Of a stretch of 30,196 nucleotides of DNA, positions 26,625-30,196 are shown one piece after another. The stretch spans positions 1 through 30,196 of the IMG/VR virus record IMGVR_UViG_3300027791_000088; one strand, 5' to 3'. A program made the position numbers and the translations under genes. Each line of letters opens with the position of its first letter. Position 1 is the stretch's first letter. The DNA comes from a virus. Taxonomy: Duplodnaviria; Caudoviricetes. Below the pieces are notes generated by a model that was given only the letters and a program-made list of their open reading frames with translations, was not told the DNA's origin and did not search any database.

Positions 26625-27208
26625 TATCCTAAATCAGCACTAGTAACATTTGTTGAAATAATATTCGAGCCAACGCGAAGTTCTCCGTACAATAATGGTA
26701 TCGGAAAACCCTGAACCGCGTTATTTTGTAAATTAGTAAAAATATAGCTAGACATATCAATTTTACTTTCTGCCGTCTGAGGTTTTGGGGTCTCAACTGG
26801 GAATAATAACGACATGATGCCTTGAACTAATAGTCCAATCGCCAAATTAGCCAAAAATCCGCCAGCTCCAATAGCTGCACCTAGGGCGGCTACGGCTCCA
26901 GCGGCAAATCCTACAATCGCTGCGATCGCACTAAAAATGAACGCACCAGTTATGGCTGGGACAATATGTATTTCTTCAGGGACGCTTGCTGCTGCTAATT
27001 CATCAACCGTTTTCCATTCTTTGTTTGGGTTTTTGGGATCTATAAAAGCGTAACTTAATCCCTCTTTGAATTTAGAAAGCAAAAAATTTCTAACTCCTGG
27101 ATTATTAGCTTCCAAGGCGTTAGTGATATCTAAAAGCTTATTTACTTTAAATTTATGGTTTGTTCCATAAATTTCTCCAAATTCTCCGTGTATAATTACA
27201 TTAACCAT
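26624..27208 (-). CDS. tail assembly protein I-like (ubiquitin-like N-domain)
   Basis: V.IHGEFG..YG, EIHIVPAITG, Ala/Gly-rich hydrophobic segment and QGFPIPLLYGELRVGS. Confidence 0.9.
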   Translation of the reverse strand: MVNVIIHGEFGEIYGTNHKFKVNKLLDITNALEANNPGVRNFLLSKFKEGLSYAFIDPKNPNKEWKTVDELAAASVPEEIHIVPAITGAFIFSAIAAIVGFAAGAVAALGAAIGAGGFLANLAIGLLVQGIMSLLFPVETPKPQTAESKIDMSSYIFTNLQNNAVQGFPIPLLYGELRVGSNIISTNVTSADLG

Positions 27209-27593
27209 CCAAAAACTCCTTTAACATTATTACACCTTTTTCTGATCTTTGGAAATTAGGCATATCAAATAAATGAAACCTCTCTGTAACCAAAGAGTAT
27301 ATCAAGAACGGATAAAGACAGTTTTTTGAATTTTCTATATCGTATTCAGATGGTTCCTCCCTGCCGTTTACGTGTGTGTGAAATATAGCTAATAATTCAC
27401 CACTTAATTTTACTTGCAAAAAATCCGCTGGATTAATCAAAAATATATCATCATCATTTGAATGATTTTTGGCGGCCTTAAAAATTAATTTACCGTCTTT
27501 ATATAGAACAAAACCACAAACTTCTTTTCCTAAGTCCGTGTTCGCGTATTCGATTAAATCCTTCTTAAAACTATCCTTTAGGTTGGTATGCAT
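27201..27593 (-). CDS. tail assembly protein K-like, JAB/MPN metalloprotease domain only
   Basis: EVCGFV and FHTH......PSEYD JAMM motif; no NlpC/P60 domain. Start may be 27593 or 27614. Confidence 0.85.
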   Translation of the reverse strand: MHTNLKDSFKKDLIEYANTDLGKEVCGFVLYKDGKLIFKAAKNHSNDDDIFLINPADFLQVKLSGELLAIFHTHVNGREEPSEYDIENSKNCLYPFLIYSLVTERFHLFDMPNFQRSEKGVIMLKEFLDG

Positions 27594-28587
27594 GAGTCCC
27601 TGGGAATCCCCCAAATCTTAGTCCAGTTTTTCCAAATCTTAGTTTGCAGGCTGATATTTTTTTTGAACAGTCGTCCCTTTCCCATTTGCTGGATATTGGC
27701 GGGAACTCCTCATTTCCATTCGCGCTAGATGCGACACAGACATAAAAAGTTCGTAAGGGTTTTACTGAAGCCCCATTTATAGAGCTTTCTGAATCATCAT
27801 CAGAAATATCATGATTAGCGACCTCTATATATACATGGTCTCCTTTGCTGTATGTAATTTGAGGGCCCCATTTACCTTTATATTTTGTTGCGGTGATGGC
27901 TACGACATTGCCACTAGAATCTTTAAAATCATTATCATTTAAGGTCTTTACAGGTTGACCAGCATAAAGACATCCACAGCCCCTGTATACCCATGTGCAG
28001 TATTTAGAGTAAACGTTTCTGTTTGGTAAATAAGAATTATCTAATTCGAAAACAGTAGATAGTTCTAGTTCTACCAGGTTTTTTGTTTCCGATGTTCTTC
28101 TATTTATGTAATAGGTTTGATCTGGTAAATACGAACTTGCAGAAGCCTCGCTATTCTGAGTAACTATATCGAAATACGGATTTTTTCCTCCTGGAAAATT
28201 AATATCATCTAAAAACCTAGCGAAAGTTCTTTTTCTTATTACTTTACAACCAATTAAATTGTTATGTACTTTTAGATATTTTGATATGACATAGTCTATG
28301 TTTGCCACTTTTATCCTTGGCCTGGCAAGGCTGTTGTCACCCTTCACTTCAAAACCGCTAACTTCCATGGGATAAGATATGTATTCTTGGCCTTGCCACA
28401 TGATTCTGTCTACTGTCAGCGTAGTGTTGCCATCTCCGCGTTGCACACCAGCGGTACTGGGGCATAAAGCTAATACACTACTTGCATCATCTGGCCAAGC
28501 AAAATATATTAAAAAAAATTCCAATAGTTGGCTCGGCTCAAGAGACATTGCCTCAGATGCTACTTTTTGATTTATTCCTTCTGCCAT
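27571..28587 (-). CDS. minor tail protein L-like
   Basis: WQGQEY..YP....GFE, RKRTFARFLD..NF, CTWVYRG.GC...DDCSK..SACKLRF and FGGFPG. Confidence 0.93.
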   Translation of the reverse strand: MAEGINQKVASEAMSLEPSQLLEFFLIYFAWPDDASSVLALCPSTAGVQRGDGNTTLTVDRIMWQGQEYISYPMEVSGFEVKGDNSLARPRIKVANIDYVISKYLKVHNNLIGCKVIRKRTFARFLDDINFPGGKNPYFDIVTQNSEASASSYLPDQTYYINRRTSETKNLVELELSTVFELDNSYLPNRNVYSKYCTWVYRGCGCLYAGQPVKTLNDNDFKDSSGNVVAITATKYKGKWGPQITYSKGDHVYIEVANHDISDDDSESSINGASVKPLRTFYVCVASSANGNEEFPPISSKWERDDCSKKISACKLRFGKTGLRFGGFPGTHAYQPKG

Positions 28588-28594
28588 ATTTACC

Positions 28595-28622
28595 TTTACA
28601 CTTTCTTTGCTTATCTTATAAT
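28595..28622 (+). promoter_or_regulatory. sigma70-like promoter TTTACA-16nt-TATAAT
   Basis: In the 40 nt divergent gap; ATG 28628 lies five nt after the -10. Confidence 0.55.
28596..28601 (-). promoter_or_regulatory. GTGTAA upstream motif heading the tail-tip operon
   Basis: TTACAC on the plus strand, 8 nt upstream of the L start codon. Confidence 0.45.
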
Positions 28623-28627
28623 ATATT

Positions 28628-29224
28628 ATGTTGCCTAGAATTAAAGAATTGTTTTACATATACCAAAAAAATATATATTCAATTTTGTCTAATGTAAACG
28701 TCTCGGAATATGATTTTATAGCTGAATCTTTAGACAACATAACCGAAGACGATATCTGCGACGACGAACACCTTTCTTGCTATTCCTTTGTAATTAGCAT
28801 AGAAGGAGGAGAGATAAACCCCTCAAGATTTATTATTGGAACAAAAACTAATCCAGACCTATTTGAAAAAAATGCGTTGAATATGTTAAATACTTTAAAT
28901 ATATGCCCCATAACCCCCAATGGGTTCAAATGGTACGGTGTTGGTTGGGATATAAAAAATGATCAAATAAAAATATATTTTTTAAAAAATGACCTTTCTC
29001 AAATATACTGCAAAGAATACCGTAGGAGCTCATCTGAAAAAATAAAAGAAAAGCTTTACGATGTAGGCGAAAAATTCACAAAAATGTACAAAGACGATGA
29101 AATAATAGATCAAATTAACTCAAACAACTATGACCACAAAATTGTTAATAAAATGGTATCTTTCGGGTTTAATTTAGACACTTACAGCGAGTACAAGGAT
29201 AAAGTAACATTATACTTTGATTAG
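28628..29224 (+). CDS. hypothetical protein
   Basis: 198 aa AT-rich ORF with no confident family. Confidence 0.7.
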   Translation: MLPRIKELFYIYQKNIYSILSNVNVSEYDFIAESLDNITEDDICDDEHLSCYSFVISIEGGEINPSRFIIGTKTNPDLFEKNALNMLNTLNICPITPNGFKWYGVGWDIKNDQIKIYFLKNDLSQIYCKEYRRSSSEKIKEKLYDVGEKFTKMYKDDEIIDQINSNNYDHKIVNKMVSFGFNLDTYSEYKDKVTLYFD

Positions 29225-29230
29225 AGCAAA

Positions 29231-29758
29231 ATGAACAGAGATAAATACGAATTTTCTAATCATGAGAATTTCGATGAGGTTTATAAAATAGCCAAATTGC
29301 AATTTAAAAAAATTATTAAAAATTTCAATCAATATGACTTTAAAGATAATTTTGAAGACCTGTTTTATGGGGGCGATAGCTGTCATAAACTTTTTTTGAG
29401 AAAAAATGGCGTTATATTATGCGGGACATTAGCCTTCTTATTCGAAGACTTCGCTTTTTGTGACATATTTTTTTGGAACGAATTGCATCAAAAGACCAAT
29501 ACAATGGAATTTAGATACTTTTGCGAGAGATTCTTTAGAGACACTAATAAAATTGGCATTAAAAATATGATAGTGCCAATGGATAAATCTAGATCAAAAC
29601 ACGATTTTTTTAAAAAATACTGCCAAAAACTTTATTTTACGAAAGATGAATATGATATTCGCGACAAAATTATAGAAAATGAATACAAAAATCACTATCT
29701 TTTAAAAGTTAATTACGAGGACTATTTTAAAAAATCTAAACAAGTAAAAAGGGTGTAA
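29231..29758 (+). CDS. hypothetical protein, possibly degenerate GNAT-like
   Basis: 175 aa; KLFLRKNGVILCG beta segment and KIGIKNMIV segment fit a GNAT layout, but there is no acetyl-CoA motif. Confidence 0.55.
   Translation: MNRDKYEFSNHENFDEVYKIAKLQFKKIIKNFNQYDFKDNFEDLFYGGDSCHKLFLRKNGVILCGTLAFLFEDFAFCDIFFWNELHQKTNTMEFRYFCERFFRDTNKIGIKNMIVPMDKSRSKHDFFKKYCQKLYFTKDEYDIRDKIIENEYKNHYLLKVNYEDYFKKSKQVKRV
29753..29758 (+). promoter_or_regulatory. GTGTAA upstream motif
   Basis: 9 nt upstream of ATG 29768; also supplies the stop codon of the previous ORF. Confidence 0.4.
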
Positions 29759-29767
29759 TACATATAT

Positions 29768-30127
29768 ATGTCGGAAAATCCAAATTTGTTGAGAAGTGAA
29801 ATTAAAGGGACATCTGATCGCGGTCTTCTCGCGGGAGGTCATTTTGAGTCTAGAATAACTGCTTTAGGCGCCATATACCCAATTGAAGAGAGTCAGAATT
29901 TTCACATGTTTTCGAAAATTATACAAGAGTTAAACAGAAAACTAGATCAATACGGATTATATAGTAATATTATCGAAGATACTGATGCGGGATTTAGACC
30001 ATTAAGCCTTGGTTCTTTCTTCGGAGAGACCGTAAGCGTCAACTATCCTGATTTTTTACAATTACAAAGTAACGAATTTTTACTTCAACAAGACGGATTT
30101 AGATTAATTTTAGAGCAAGACGTTTAG
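29768..30127 (+). CDS. hypothetical protein, probably virion-associated
   Basis: C-terminal FLLQQDGFRLILE motif of the type seen in phage structural proteins. Confidence 0.6.
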   Translation: MSENPNLLRSEIKGTSDRGLLAGGHFESRITALGAIYPIEESQNFHMFSKIIQELNRKLDQYGLYSNIIEDTDAGFRPLSLGSFFGETVSVNYPDFLQLQSNEFLLQQDGFRLILEQDV

Positions 30128-30140
30128 AGCAATAATAATC

Positions 30141-30196
30141 ATGGCGAACAAAAAAATACCAGAACTTACGGAACTTGCTTCAGTTAACTCAGCAAC
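30141..30196 (+). CDS. partial CDS (5' end), tail-fibre-like N-terminus
   Basis: ATG 30141 reads MANKKIPELTELASVNSA, like the MA.KKIS.L starts of phage fibre proteins; runs off the window. Confidence 0.55.
   Translation, partial: MANKKIPELTELASVNSA

Noticed and set aside
20-28697. About 20 short antisense or out-of-frame ORFs in the track (e.g. 20-343, 813-1052, 13918-14307, 25609-26040)
   Set aside because: They lie inside or across well-supported genes, lack motifs and have shadow-ORF composition.
1-30196. Stop-codon reassignment
   Set aside because: Long genes are intact in code 11, and TAA, TAG and TGA all end genes at sensible, often coupled, boundaries.
1-30196. tRNA, rRNA or structured ncRNA genes
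   Set aside because: All intergenic gaps are about 50 nt or less, and I saw no cloverleaf signatures.

Overview
A 30 kb segment of a large, AT-rich dsDNA tailed phage, read in standard genetic code 11. It has no integrase, RNA genes, CRISPR array or IS element. A standalone DUF4032-like ORF hints at a Verrucomicrobia/PVC-type host (inference). The plus-strand block (1-19260) starts with a sugar cassette (SemiSWEET, putative glycosyltransferase, GDP-mannose dehydratase). A bacterial-type replication/recombination module follows: RecA/UvsX, DUF559-like nuclease, DnaB, DnaG-like primase, AddB/Cas4-like nuclease, and a family-C polymerase split into PHP, DEDDh exonuclease and catalytic-core genes. 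The accessory run after it holds a ClpA/B/C fragment with one AAA+ module and a C-terminal IGF, a small possibly Sm/Hfq-like protein, a kinase-fold protein with both catalytic Asp replaced by Asn, a Whirly-like protein, GT4/GT9 glycosyltransferases, an SSAP-like protein and a GNAT. The minus-strand block (19261-28587) is a lambda-like tail-tip operon L-K-I-J plus one ORF. Four plus-strand ORFs end the window, the last one partial. The most striking observations are: (1) five copies of a domain in J that appear nested inside one another and inside a LamG domain; (2) the half-Clp with a terminal IGF; (3) the tripartite polymerase; (4) the Whirly-like protein; (5) two distinct upstream motif classes; (6) apparent total avoidance of CCGG. 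All assignments are motif recognition by eye; no database searches were run.
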